In this document: in pieces, positions 1 to 8,337 of the stretch | How positions within the stretch are numbered: the first letter of the stretch is position 1 | Layout of the letters: each line of letters opens with the position of its first letter | Virus record (IMG/VR): IMGVR_UViG_3300025120_014916 | Span: 32,001-96,000 of that record | From: a virus | Length of the DNA: 64,000 bases | Direction: 5' to 3' (one strand) | The notes under the pieces: generated by a model | Databases searched by the model: none | What the model was told of the DNA's origin: nothing | The model's input: the letters and a program-made list of their open reading frames with translations, nothing else | Made by a program: the position numbers and the translations under genes

Positions 1-304
1 CAGCTGCACAGCAGTCTTCACGAGAAACATTGCCCATTGAAGATCCCATCATTGGAGTTGCGTCTGATGTGTGCATTGGAAGAAGTGCATCCATGTCATT
101 ATCCTTAGGCATGTCATCTTCGTATTCATCACAACCGCAAGGACTCATTCCACATGCGTCACATCCGTGTTTATGACTTCCAACATGTCCTATGTCTTGT
201 GAGAATGCACCGACTTTTCCGAAAGGTTGCATTCCAGTCATACCGATCATTTTAAATTCTGTAAGAATCATTTTTTGTAGTTGTTTCCGATTTAGTTTTG
301 ACAT
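1..304 (-). CDS. Hypothetical protein, partial (runs off window); candidate head-internal protein
   Basis: Not in the ORF track. Manual translation from ATG at 304 gives MSKLNRKQLQKMILTEFKMIG...HKHGCDACGMSPCGCDEYEDD..., open to the window edge, with an AGGAG RBS upstream. Confidence 0.8.
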   Translation of the reverse strand, partial: MSKLNRKQLQKMILTEFKMIGMTGMQPFGKVGAFSQDIGHVGSHKHGCDACGMSPCGCDEYEDDMPKDNDMDALLPMHTSDATPMMGSSMGNVSREDCCAA

Positions 305-330
305 CTCTGTGCTCCTGTAAAGTTTACCTT

Positions 331-339
331 ATTAAATAT
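331..339 (-). promoter_or_regulatory. Putative late promoter, variant ATATTTAAT
   Basis: 27 nt upstream of ATG 304; the same variant occurs at 22855-22863 and 54700-54708. Confidence 0.45.
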
Positions 340-391
340 ACCTGTGCGAACGTAAATGATCATAGATTTTAACCTCGTTTGCAGAAAACAT

Positions 392-420
392 AAAAAAAGA
401 CACCCACAAGGGGTGTCTTT
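392..420 (-). terminator. Rho-independent terminator
   Basis: AAAGACACCC / GGGTGTCTTT stem followed by a U-tract on the minus strand, downstream of 470..1288. Confidence 0.85.
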
Positions 421-469
421 AAAATATTATTAGACTAACTAATTTATACTTTTTAAGAGCTTATTGTAT

Positions 470-1288
470 TTATTGCAATCCAAATTCAAACTCTTTCCAA
501 ATCAGCGCGCCACCTACGTCGGAGTCGTGTCTGTGGAACCAGTATGGCGTTACAACTTCAGCATCGTCAAAGCTATAAGCTACAGCACCAGTGCCTGCTA
601 CTCCGTCAATAGTATATGTTACTGCGCCTGCTGCAGATACCATAACTTTAAGTGTATGAGTTCCACCATTTGCCCAGTTTCCGGCGCCGTCGCCACCGCC
701 AGATGTGATATCTGTTACAACTGTACTGGCATTATTAATAATTGTTGTGGTTTTAATATCGCCTGAAACTACTGATAGTGCAGCTAGCTCATCTAATGCG
801 TCTGGACTGGCGTTGTGTGCCTCAACCTTTGCAAAGCCGCATCGAATATCATCAAACCCGGAAACATCTTCTATTGAAAACTTAACAGACATAAAGAATG
901 CTGGAGATGTGCCTACTGTAAAATAGTCTTTGTTTAGTTTGCCTAAGGCTGCTACTGATCTACCTCGAATAGCCCAGCCTTCATTATTTGTTTGATCGCC
1001 TGATACATTTAACCCTGCTACATTTAATGCTGGTGCTAAAAGCGTTTGAGTTCCAATAGCATGTACTGCTAGTGTATTACCACATCTAAATCCCCATTGA
1101 TTAATTTCTCCGGTTGCGCCGGAGAAAATTGTCCCGTCTGATTGTGGATCTAAACTTACTTGTGCACCTAAATCAAATTTAGTTACGCGTATGTCACTAG
1201 TAGTAAATGTAACTGTTGACGCACAGTTGACACCTGATCCTGTTTTTTGAATCAGACCTTTTGAGTCTGTGATTTCTATTGCTGGCAT
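470..1288 (-). CDS. Putative virion structural/decoration protein (beta-rich)
   Basis: 272 aa, G/A/S/T-rich, AGGAG RBS, own terminator, close to the capsid gene. Function is inferred from context only. Confidence 0.55.
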   Translation of the reverse strand: MPAIEITDSKGLIQKTGSGVNCASTVTFTTSDIRVTKFDLGAQVSLDPQSDGTIFSGATGEINQWGFRCGNTLAVHAIGTQTLLAPALNVAGLNVSGDQTNNEGWAIRGRSVAALGKLNKDYFTVGTSPAFFMSVKFSIEDVSGFDDIRCGFAKVEAHNASPDALDELAALSVVSGDIKTTTIINNASTVVTDITSGGGDGAGNWANGGTHTLKVMVSAAGAVTYTIDGVAGTGAVAYSFDDAEVVTPYWFHRHDSDVGGALIWKEFEFGLQ

Positions 1289-1330
1289 AATTTTCTCCTA
1301 TTTTTTAGATTTGTTTTAGAGTTTACTTGT

Positions 1331-1379
1331 TCGCAAGATTCCGTCACGCTGGCGAGGTCAGCTTTATGCAATGTGTCGG
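1331..1379 (-). ncRNA. Candidate structured 5' leader (pseudoknot-like)
   Basis: GC-rich island in an AT-rich intergenic region. Pairings: CCGACAC/GUGACGG (1 mismatch), GCUG-ACCUCGC-CAGC hairpin, UUGCA/UGCGA crossing pairing. Confidence 0.4.
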
Positions 1380-1427
1380 GCCTACTATTATATATTACTT
1401 AAGAATGCATTTAATTACAACAAATGA

Positions 1428-1769
1428 TTATTTGTTTTTATATTTTAATCTTAATTGCGCATAACCAATATTATGCTTAATGTTTGAAATTAACTTATCA
1501 ACTCTAGGATCTCTAGCTGATAATTCTTTAGAGTTAGTCTCGCCAACTTTTAACTTAAGCAATTCTAAAGTCTCAGCAAGCTGTGCATCTGATTTCTCAT
1601 GAGCAATAATTGACTCAGCAAGCGCTAATTTTAAAATAGCAACTTCTTTCTTTAAACTATCAATATCTGACTTAAGTTCTGAGTGGTCATGCGAAACTGC
1701 TGCAACTTCTTTTTTCGCTACTGCGGGCTTTTTTGCTGTAGGCACAGCTGTTGTTTTCTTTGAGGGCAT
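1428..1769 (-). CDS. Hypothetical protein, Lys/Ala-rich N-terminus plus coiled coil
   Basis: 113 aa ORF with AGGAG RBS; heptad-like central region. Confidence 0.75.
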   Translation of the reverse strand: MPSKKTTAVPTAKKPAVAKKEVAAVSHDHSELKSDIDSLKKEVAILKLALAESIIAHEKSDAQLAETLELLKLKVGETNSKELSARDPRVDKLISNIKHNIGYAQLRLKYKNK

Positions 1770-1803
1770 TTTTATTTCTCCTATGAAATTATTAATTAAT
1801 ACA

Positions 1804-1813
1804 TATAATTATA
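1804..1813. promoter_or_regulatory. Palindromic late-promoter-like motif TATAATTATA (ATANTTATA on both strands)
   Basis: Sits between divergent starts at 1769 (-) and 1852 (+), 35-39 nt from each. Confidence 0.5.
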
Positions 1814-1851
1814 ACGTCAAAACAAAAATTTTAAAGGAATATAGAAATATT

Positions 1852-2202
1852 ATGAAGCCTATTATTATTAAGTCAAATCTAATCACAAAAGTGCTCTCTG
1901 TCTACATAGACGTCTGCGCCATTACATTATACCCATTTATAGTAATTAACGAAGCTTGTGATCATCCTGTTATCATGAACCATGAAAAGATTCATTTAAA
2001 GCAACAAAGTGAGCTCTGGATCATTCCTTTTTATGTTCTATATGTATGGTATTGGCTTAAAGGAAGGATGCAAGGAATGGACAACCACGATGCTTATATG
2101 TCTATTCCGTTTGAAAAAGAAGCATATGAACATCAATACGATTTTGAGTATATTGAGAACAGAAAACCCGGGTCATGGAAAAGTTATATTAATTTAACTT
2201 AA
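1852..2202 (+). CDS. Small HExxH zincin-like putative metallopeptidase
   Basis: Likely start MKPIIIKS at 1852 (AAGGA RBS; the ORF track starts at 1783). Motifs NHEKIHLKQQ and PFEKEAY. Only credible plus-strand gene. Confidence 0.7.
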   Translation: MKPIIIKSNLITKVLSVYIDVCAITLYPFIVINEACDHPVIMNHEKIHLKQQSELWIIPFYVLYVWYWLKGRMQGMDNHDAYMSIPFEKEAYEHQYDFEYIENRKPGSWKSYINLT

Positions 2203-2926
2203 CACCCATAAAAAGACCTATTGAGGCTTGATGAAGATTTTTGTCAATAAGTCTAGGGGGTATAGAAAACCTTAAAGGTAGATCTTCTTTAGACTTATCA
2301 ATGTTTGTTACTGAATTAATCTGCGGGTTAACGGGAACCGGTATACAATTTGCACCAACACAGTTAACGTTACTAGGTTGAACTACTGTCGGTGTGGTTG
2401 TTGCAGAATTTGATCTGACTTCTTGCTGCTTGATCCACTTTACAACTTCTTTAGACCCGTTGGAAGATGTGTTAACAATAAGTGCACTAGAATTATATAG
2501 CGTCATTCTCACGACTATTTCATAATCATTAATACTAATATTTGTTCGAACTAAGTAATGATCATTCTTTACAGCACATGCTAATGCATCTTTTTTATAA
2601 TTGCAATCTTCATATGCATAGTTTATTGTATCAGCATCGTATACTTCAATTCTTTCTGTGTGCATTGTTACCGGTTCGTATATGCCTCTTTGATTTTTTA
2701 CTTTACCTAGTCTAGAATGTGAATTTACGTATCCAGCAATTGACGCGTCATTTATATCATCACTTATTTTTTTACTTACATTATCTATGATCGGATCTTC
2801 TACATAAATAACCATATTTCTTCGGGCTTCAACAATAATTGTTTTACCTACATTTTCATCATCAAGCAAAGCCGGTTCATCAGCATATGCTATTTGTATT
2901 ACCAAACCAATCAGAATTGCAATCAT
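2189..2926 (-). CDS. Hypothetical exported protein with signal peptide
   Basis: N-terminal MIAILIGLVIQIAYA-D resembles a Sec signal with an A-Y-A cleavage site; 245 aa. Confidence 0.65.
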   Translation of the reverse strand: MIAILIGLVIQIAYADEPALLDDENVGKTIIVEARRNMVIYVEDPIIDNVSKKISDDINDASIAGYVNSHSRLGKVKNQRGIYEPVTMHTERIEVYDADTINYAYEDCNYKKDALACAVKNDHYLVRTNISINDYEIVVRMTLYNSSALIVNTSSNGSKEVVKWIKQQEVRSNSATTTPTVVQPSNVNCVGANCIPVPVNPQINSVTNIDKSKEDLPLRFSIPPRLIDKNLHQASIGLFMGVKLN

Positions 2927-2945
2927 ATAACTTTCCCTTTTATTA

Positions 2946-2954
2946 TATAAATAT
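2946..2954 (-). promoter_or_regulatory. Putative late promoter ATATTTATA
   Basis: Perfect ATANTTATA match 20 nt upstream of ATG 2926. Confidence 0.5.
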
Positions 2955-2964
2955 ACACATGCAT

Positions 2965-2991
2965 AAAAAAAGGATGCTTTAAAAGCACCCT
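2965..2991 (-). terminator. Rho-independent terminator
   Basis: AGGGTGCTTT / AAAGCATCCT stem plus U-tract downstream of 3025..3291. Confidence 0.75.
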
Positions 2992-3024
2992 CATTAATTT
3001 AAATATCACTTAAATTTAAATATT

Positions 3025-3291
3025 TTATTCATAATCTTCGTATATAAAGTCTAATAACTCTCTGGCACCTTCAATAATGCCGGGAATTGAGACGTCGATA
3101 AACTTGGTATTTGTTTCCCATGATAGATGTGACTGGTGCTCTAGTATTTCTTTTGATAATCCCAGTAGTTGAAGTCTCATTGCAGCAGGAGATATTTCTT
3201 CAGGCTGCTGTATCATTAAAACTTCCTCTTCTTGGGGGGTTTCAACAACTTCGGGTTCTTCTACTAATTCTTGTTTCTTTTTGCGAGGCAT
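3025..3291 (-). CDS. Small hypothetical protein (paralog of 3333..3545)
   Basis: 88 aa; MRLQLLGLSKEIL...IIEGARELLDFI pattern; sigma70-like TTGTAC-N18-TATAAT upstream (3320-3349). Confidence 0.75.
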   Translation of the reverse strand: MPRKKKQELVEEPEVVETPQEEEVLMIQQPEEISPAAMRLQLLGLSKEILEHQSHLSWETNTKFIDVSIPGIIEGARELLDFIYEDYE

Positions 3292-3332
3292 AATTTCTCC
3301 TAATTATTTCTTTTGTTACATTATATAAGGTT

Positions 3333-3545
3333 TTATTTTGTTTGTACAAACTTATAAAGTTTTTCTGCCTCTAAAATAATGTTTTCTGTGGATGGTAGTG
3401 TAGGCCATACAGTTGTCTTTAAGACAATTGCATCCCGATCACAAAGGTATCTAATTCTTTCATATTCCTGATGATATCTGTGTGTTAAAATTTGCGCAGC
3501 TTGCGCTAACAGGCTTGCCCGCAGTGCATAAGTTGTTCCATTCAT
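3333..3545 (-). CDS. Small hypothetical protein (paralog of 3025..3291)
   Basis: Likely start MNGTTYALR at 3545 (AGGA RBS; the ORF track extends to 3611). Pattern LRASLLAQAAQIL...IILEAEKLYKFV. Confidence 0.7.
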   Translation of the reverse strand: MNGTTYALRASLLAQAAQILTHRYHQEYERIRYLCDRDAIVLKTTVWPTLPSTENIILEAEKLYKFVQTK

Positions 3546-3650
3546 ATCATTTCCTGTGTACTGTGTAGATCTGTTCTTAGTAAACAGTATCAGTATATAC
3601 AAAAAATACACATTTTATAATACTTTATCTATTGGGTGATCATAAAAAAC

Positions 3651-3678
3651 AAAAAAGGCGCCCATAAAGAGCGCCTTT
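3651..3678 (-). terminator. Rho-independent terminator after major capsid gene
   Basis: AAAGGCGC / GCGCCTTT stem followed by a U-tract. Confidence 0.85.
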
Positions 3679-3711
3679 CATTTAACTATACACACCACGA
3701 AGGCGTTAGAT

Positions 3712-5661
3712 TTAGATAATTTCCATATCTAAACATGTAACTGTTCCGTAGAAGTCGGCACGAACCATTTTCTTTCCGTAACGAGTCATAACACCTTTTC
3801 TTGGGGTGAAATCCTCTGGAGCGAAGATGGTAGGTGTAACAATCAATGGTACGTAAGGAGCATAGACGTATCCAGACTCTAAGTAAGAACCACCTTTATA
3901 TCCAACAAGAATCTTGTTACGTGGGAAGTAAGGATCTTTATAAACAGTAAATCTGTTAGTAAGTGATCCAATAGCTTCAGCACCAAGACTGAATGGGGCA
4001 GCAACTTGACCTTGACCATCAATTTTAATTGAAGGCTTGTAAAGTACAGAAGCTTCGAAGATTGTCGCGACTTCAGGGGAAACTACGATGAAGTTTGCAC
4101 TTCCACGAAGAGTCTTTCTGTGAATCTCATTAGCAACGTCGATAATGGTCTCAACAAGAGTCTCATACCATTCGCGAACTGTACCAGTAAAAGTCGGACT
4201 CATTGACAAAGAAGAAGCTAATTCTTGAATTGCCCCTGTTCTTTTGTTAACAAATCTACCTGGCGCACGTGACCAAAAGAAGTTTGCACCTTTTGCTTCA
4301 ACCAAGAGGTCATTAAGAATCTCACGATCGATTTCTAATGCAATCTGCTCTGAAAGAATCTGAGTCAATTCAACTTCAGCGTCCAAAGAGTGATAAGCAT
4401 TAAGATCTTGTGCAAGTTCTGGGGACCAACGAGCTCTTAACTTACGTGTTTGAGCTGTTACCGCAATAGATTCGATCTTAATGTCGATCTCGGGTATGAT
4501 TGGTGTAGGATCAGATCCGGAGAAGCTAGACTCAAAGCTTGGAATTGTAACAACACCACCTGTACCACCCTCGGCAGTTAGACCGTCAGCTTTAGGGTAA
4601 GCTACAATTGTAATGCCACCGGTGAATAATGCATCAGCTGAGGTACTAACAGTACCAGGACAAACAAACAGCACGTCCACAGCAGCCGAATCGGCTGATG
4701 TTCTTTGAGTCCATGTTGATCCATCCCAAGATCCTAATTGATTAAGTCTACGTACGTTTAATACGTTCGTACCTTGCTGAATAGTAGATTTAACTTTAGT
4801 AATACCACCGGAACTAGTTCCTCCAGCTGAATCAAGCAGTGATACACCTTTAACAAGTGTTTTGTCAAAGCTAGTTAGCTTTGATATATCTGCAATTACA
4901 AAGTGATAATTTGTGCTGTTATCAACAATATCAGCAATAATTTGCGGATCATGTTGCAATAGCGCCAAGTTTTTACTATTTGTAGTTTCAATCTGATTAC
5001 CAATCGCAAAAACACCAGTTGTTGCATGGTATGCACCAGCAGCTGTTGCGTGTGCTGCAGCAATTTGTCCAGCAGCATGACCGGAGATTGCGTGTCCTGA
5101 ACCAGTAACATATGCTTTTGAATATGTTGAACCAGCTAAGTCATACATACCGCCGATTGCGTCAGCACCTGACTGAATACTGTTTCCACTTGGTGAGCCA
5201 TAAAGTGAGTTACCTTTTTCAAAAGTAGCTGCTGTATTTCCTGTTAAAGCTGCGTTTCCGAGTGTACTTCCTGCAGAACCGGCATCTTCACCACCTACTT
5301 GACTTCCATAAGAATAGTCTAAGTAGAAAAGAAGTCCACTTGGAAGACTCATTGGCTGAATAGATACTAGTTCATTAGCAACTAAACCACCAAATACACG
5401 GCGTACAATTGGAAATGCGATGTTACTAAAACCATCGATTGCGCCTGCGCCACCAGATCCGTTACCCATTGTGTTAGCTTCTCTAAGTACTTGAGCAGCT
5501 TGATTTTCAAGCAAACGAGCCATATTCTCGCGCTTGGTTTCTTGAAGGCCACGTAACAATCCTGTTCGTGTCCATTTGTTCATAAGTCGGCTACCGTCTT
5601 GACCCACGTTTCTATCGCGGATGCCCTCGGTAAGTTGACCTAATGTAAATTCTCTAGACAT
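3712..5661 (-). CDS. gp23: Major capsid protein, T4 gp23-like, with large insertion
   Basis: Motifs FPIVRRVF...VSIQPMSLPSGLLFYLD, VTAQTRKLRARWSPELAQDL, EIDREIL, GYVYAPYVPL, PRKGVMTRYG; strong AGGAG RBS. Confidence 0.97.
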   Translation of the reverse strand: MSREFTLGQLTEGIRDRNVGQDGSRLMNKWTRTGLLRGLQETKRENMARLLENQAAQVLREANTMGNGSGGAGAIDGFSNIAFPIVRRVFGGLVANELVSIQPMSLPSGLLFYLDYSYGSQVGGEDAGSAGSTLGNAALTGNTAATFEKGNSLYGSPSGNSIQSGADAIGGMYDLAGSTYSKAYVTGSGHAISGHAAGQIAAAHATAAGAYHATTGVFAIGNQIETTNSKNLALLQHDPQIIADIVDNSTNYHFVIADISKLTSFDKTLVKGVSLLDSAGGTSSGGITKVKSTIQQGTNVLNVRRLNQLGSWDGSTWTQRTSADSAAVDVLFVCPGTVSTSADALFTGGITIVAYPKADGLTAEGGTGGVVTIPSFESSFSGSDPTPIIPEIDIKIESIAVTAQTRKLRARWSPELAQDLNAYHSLDAEVELTQILSEQIALEIDREILNDLLVEAKGANFFWSRAPGRFVNKRTGAIQELASSLSMSPTFTGTVREWYETLVETIIDVANEIHRKTLRGSANFIVVSPEVATIFEASVLYKPSIKIDGQGQVAAPFSLGAEAIGSLTNRFTVYKDPYFPRNKILVGYKGGSYLESGYVYAPYVPLIVTPTIFAPEDFTPRKGVMTRYGKKMVRADFYGTVTCLDMEII

Positions 5662-5694
5662 GTTATATATCTCCTATAAACAATTGAAATTAAG

Positions 5695-7185
5695 TTATTT
5701 TTTAAGTCCCGCAAGTTTTTGCCAGCGTCCAAGATCACTAGAACCTTGTGCCTTTCTTGAGCTAGCTGACGTAGTAGTGCGGGATGAACTACCGTATCTC
5801 ACTGATTCATTAATTGTACCTTTCCTACTTGAAGAAAGAGATTCAGTTAATGACTTATATAATGCTTTAGTTTCGCTAAGTGAGTTTGCTTCGTCAAGAG
5901 CCTTGATTACAGATTTTTTCTGAGATTCATTAAGTGACTTATTCTGAAGTAGCTTATTCACATAAAGTAATTTAGCATTAAATAAATTGAGATCTTCCAA
6001 CTGTTCACGAAGAGTATTAATAGCTCCTCTGTATTTATTCAGTTTCTCAGACTGAGCTCGATTTGTACGTCTCAGATTTCGAATTGCTTCGTTTAATTTG
6101 TTAATTTGTGGTGGATTGACGAAAGGATCTTGGCCTTCTTTGCCGCCGCCAAATGCTGATTTAACACCTGCGTTCTTCTTTCCTTTTCCGCCATATGATC
6201 CATCGACGCCTGCCTTAGCACCGCCGTTACCACCAAAGTGATGATCCATTTTTCCTTCACGGAGTTGTCTTTTAACTCGAGCTAATTCTTGACGAAGCAT
6301 GCGAGGATCGATATCAAAGGTTTCGTTTAAAGCAGCTTCATCTTCTGCATCTTCACCTTCTTCATCAAACATCCCTTCTAGATCTGGTAATTCTGGAGCA
6401 TCTTCACCTTCTTCGTCTTCTTCACCTTCTTCTTCACCTAGTTCTAACGCGTCTTCTGCATCTTCACCTTCTTCTTCTTCTTCGGCCATGCCTTTAAGAA
6501 TTTCTGGTAGGTTATCAATTTCGATATCATCGCCTAAATCAAGAACAAGACGAATTTCATTCATCAGTGCGTCCATGTCATCTTCTTCCATAGGCTCATC
6601 TGCTTCATATGCATCATCCATTTCTTCCATAGAATCATTATCCATTTCATCCATATCACTCATTTCTTTTTCAATGGATTCTCTTAGTGCTTGAAGATCA
6701 ACTTCATAAAATTTTTCGCGGTTTGACATTTCTGTTTTCTCCTGATTTAAATCAATGTTATTATTTATATTGCGCGATTCTAAAATATCTGCTTTTTTGT
6801 TAAATTTATTTGCAATTTGCTGCAATTTTCTTCTGTTAGAACTTGAAAGACCACCAAGTGTCTTCTCAACAGATTCTTGAACCACACTTGAAGAAGATGA
6901 AAGATCAAATTCAGAAAGTATTTCTTCGCCTCCAACAAGATTAATTAAAGCTTTAAGAGCAGATTCATCCAAGACAACCTCTTCTTTTTCTTCAATATCT
7001 TCTTTTTCAGCGTCTAGTTCGTTTTTATTAGTGTCTTCTTCGTCGCCTTCTATTAATTGAGCTTCGATGAATTCTCTAATTCTAGGTGTAACTGCTTCTA
7101 ATATTGCCTTTTTGGCATTATCTTCAGCAACTTCGCGAAGCTTTTTAGCATCGGCAATTGCTTCTTCAAAAAGTTTGCTTGACAT
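5695..7185 (-). CDS. Prohead core/scaffolding protein (gp22-like)
   Basis: Directly upstream of the MCP; very acidic with coiled coils; many L/I-x-E sites; C-terminal RWQKLAGL. Confidence 0.8.
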   Translation of the reverse strand: MSSKLFEEAIADAKKLREVAEDNAKKAILEAVTPRIREFIEAQLIEGDEEDTNKNELDAEKEDIEEKEEVVLDESALKALINLVGGEEILSEFDLSSSSSVVQESVEKTLGGLSSSNRRKLQQIANKFNKKADILESRNINNNIDLNQEKTEMSNREKFYEVDLQALRESIEKEMSDMDEMDNDSMEEMDDAYEADEPMEEDDMDALMNEIRLVLDLGDDIEIDNLPEILKGMAEEEEEGEDAEDALELGEEEGEEDEEGEDAPELPDLEGMFDEEGEDAEDEAALNETFDIDPRMLRQELARVKRQLREGKMDHHFGGNGGAKAGVDGSYGGKGKKNAGVKSAFGGGKEGQDPFVNPPQINKLNEAIRNLRRTNRAQSEKLNKYRGAINTLREQLEDLNLFNAKLLYVNKLLQNKSLNESQKKSVIKALDEANSLSETKALYKSLTESLSSSRKGTINESVRYGSSSRTTTSASSRKAQGSSDLGRWQKLAGLKK

Positions 7186-7216
7186 TATGTCCTACTCCTG
7201 TTAATTCTTTTATACT

Positions 7217-7225
7217 TATAAGTAT
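7217..7225 (-). promoter_or_regulatory. Putative late promoter ATACTTATA (inside palindrome 7212-7225)
   Basis: Perfect motif 32 nt upstream of the scaffold ATG. Confidence 0.55.
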
Positions 7226-7236
7226 CTTTACTAAAG

Positions 7237-7809
7237 TTAATTATCTCTCAAACACTCATTAATCTTATATAAAGTATGCTTTAATGACTTTTGATATCTT
7301 TTAAACGATCTTTCAATAGGATCTAATATGTCATCTAAACTCTTTATATTGTCATCTTCTGTATCTGTCAATAACTTATGAGGACCAACCCAACCTTTTT
7401 CATCACCAGTAAACATCTGATTACCCGTAGTGCTAAATGCTTGATTAGCGCCACCGGTACCTATTATAGGCCCTGTTCCATTTGGGTATAACTGATTATG
7501 GGAAAAAGGAGAAATAGTTGATCTAGCAGTTGTTGTATGCGTGCCTTCATTTCTATAACCGGTTGTCAAGCTATTCATGTCACTTCTTTGCGGTTCCATC
7601 TTAATAGCAGTATTGCCATCTCCATGTATTTTCTTTGCGATTAAATCTTCTACAAAATCATCTACGTCATTTACATCTTCAGGTACAGGTTCTAGAGTTT
7701 CTGATTCTAATGCATTGTTATACATTGCTCTAGTTGAGCCTAGCGGTCCATTCTTTATAGATCCGTAACCGTGACCTATGTTTCTAGCATGTGCACCAGA
7801 CGAAGACAT
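7237..7809 (-). CDS. Hypothetical head-module protein
   Basis: 190 aa, G/T-rich, between protease and scaffold genes. Confidence 0.75.
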   Translation of the reverse strand: MSSSGAHARNIGHGYGSIKNGPLGSTRAMYNNALESETLEPVPEDVNDVDDFVEDLIAKKIHGDGNTAIKMEPQRSDMNSLTTGYRNEGTHTTTARSTISPFSHNQLYPNGTGPIIGTGGANQAFSTTGNQMFTGDEKGWVGPHKLLTDTEDDNIKSLDDILDPIERSFKRYQKSLKHTLYKINECLRDN

Positions 7810-7811
7810 GT

Positions 7812-8336
7812 TTAGGCTTGCCCGTCCGATCCTGCATAAGATCTACCCGAGATATATGAAGATAGATATACACTTTGCTTGCTAATTTCTTTTGCAGTTT
7901 CACTTGGTGAAACAGTACCACCTTTTCCGGAACCAAACTCTATATTAAAATCTTGATCTGGGACGTCGCCTGTGTATGCCGGTTTGTCAGCAGCATTAAT
8001 ACTTCCTGGACCGGGAGATGTCGGATTCGGCATATAAGGTGAAGGCAGATTATGTGTAGTCACATCGACGTCTTCTAAATTTGGGGCATCAACAAAGTCT
8101 CTATTGAAACTATTAAGACCATTACCTGGGCCGGCCAGGGGGCCTCCGCTAACTGCAACGTCGCCTTCCAATGCTAGCTTTGCATACATTTGTTTTCTTT
8201 CTTCATTGCTAATACCACCGGGCGCATAAATTGGAGATCCGGGGAAACATGATGTCAAATTATCTTGTTTTCTAGACCCTTTTGCTGCACCTGTTGCAAC
8301 AACAGGTTCTACAATGATTTGATTTTGTTCAGCCAT
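7812..8336 (-). CDS. Hypothetical Pro/Gly-rich head-module protein
   Basis: 174 aa, abuts neighbours; LPSPYMPNPTSPGPGS segment. Confidence 0.75.
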   Translation of the reverse strand: MAEQNQIIVEPVVATGAAKGSRKQDNLTSCFPGSPIYAPGGISNEERKQMYAKLALEGDVAVSGGPLAGPGNGLNSFNRDFVDAPNLEDVDVTTHNLPSPYMPNPTSPGPGSINAADKPAYTGDVPDQDFNIEFGSGKGGTVSPSETAKEISKQSVYLSSYISGRSYAGSDGQA

Positions 8337-8337
8337 C

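Noticed and set aside
1331-1379. Calling the leader an HDV/theta ribozyme
   Set aside because: The topology and loop are similar, but the 5' G, P1.1/P4 and catalytic J4/2 C cannot be placed. It is kept only as a candidate structured RNA.
5662-5680. MCP RBS resembles the T7 gene 10 leader (AGGAGATATA)
   Set aside because: This is best explained by convergence on a strong SD plus an AT-rich spacer; there is no other vector or T7 sequence.
6341-6474. 23-nt direct repeat (6341-6363, 6452-6474)
   Set aside because: It encodes the repeated acidic peptide EEGEDAED in the scaffold; two copies only, so not a CRISPR or mobile-element repeat.
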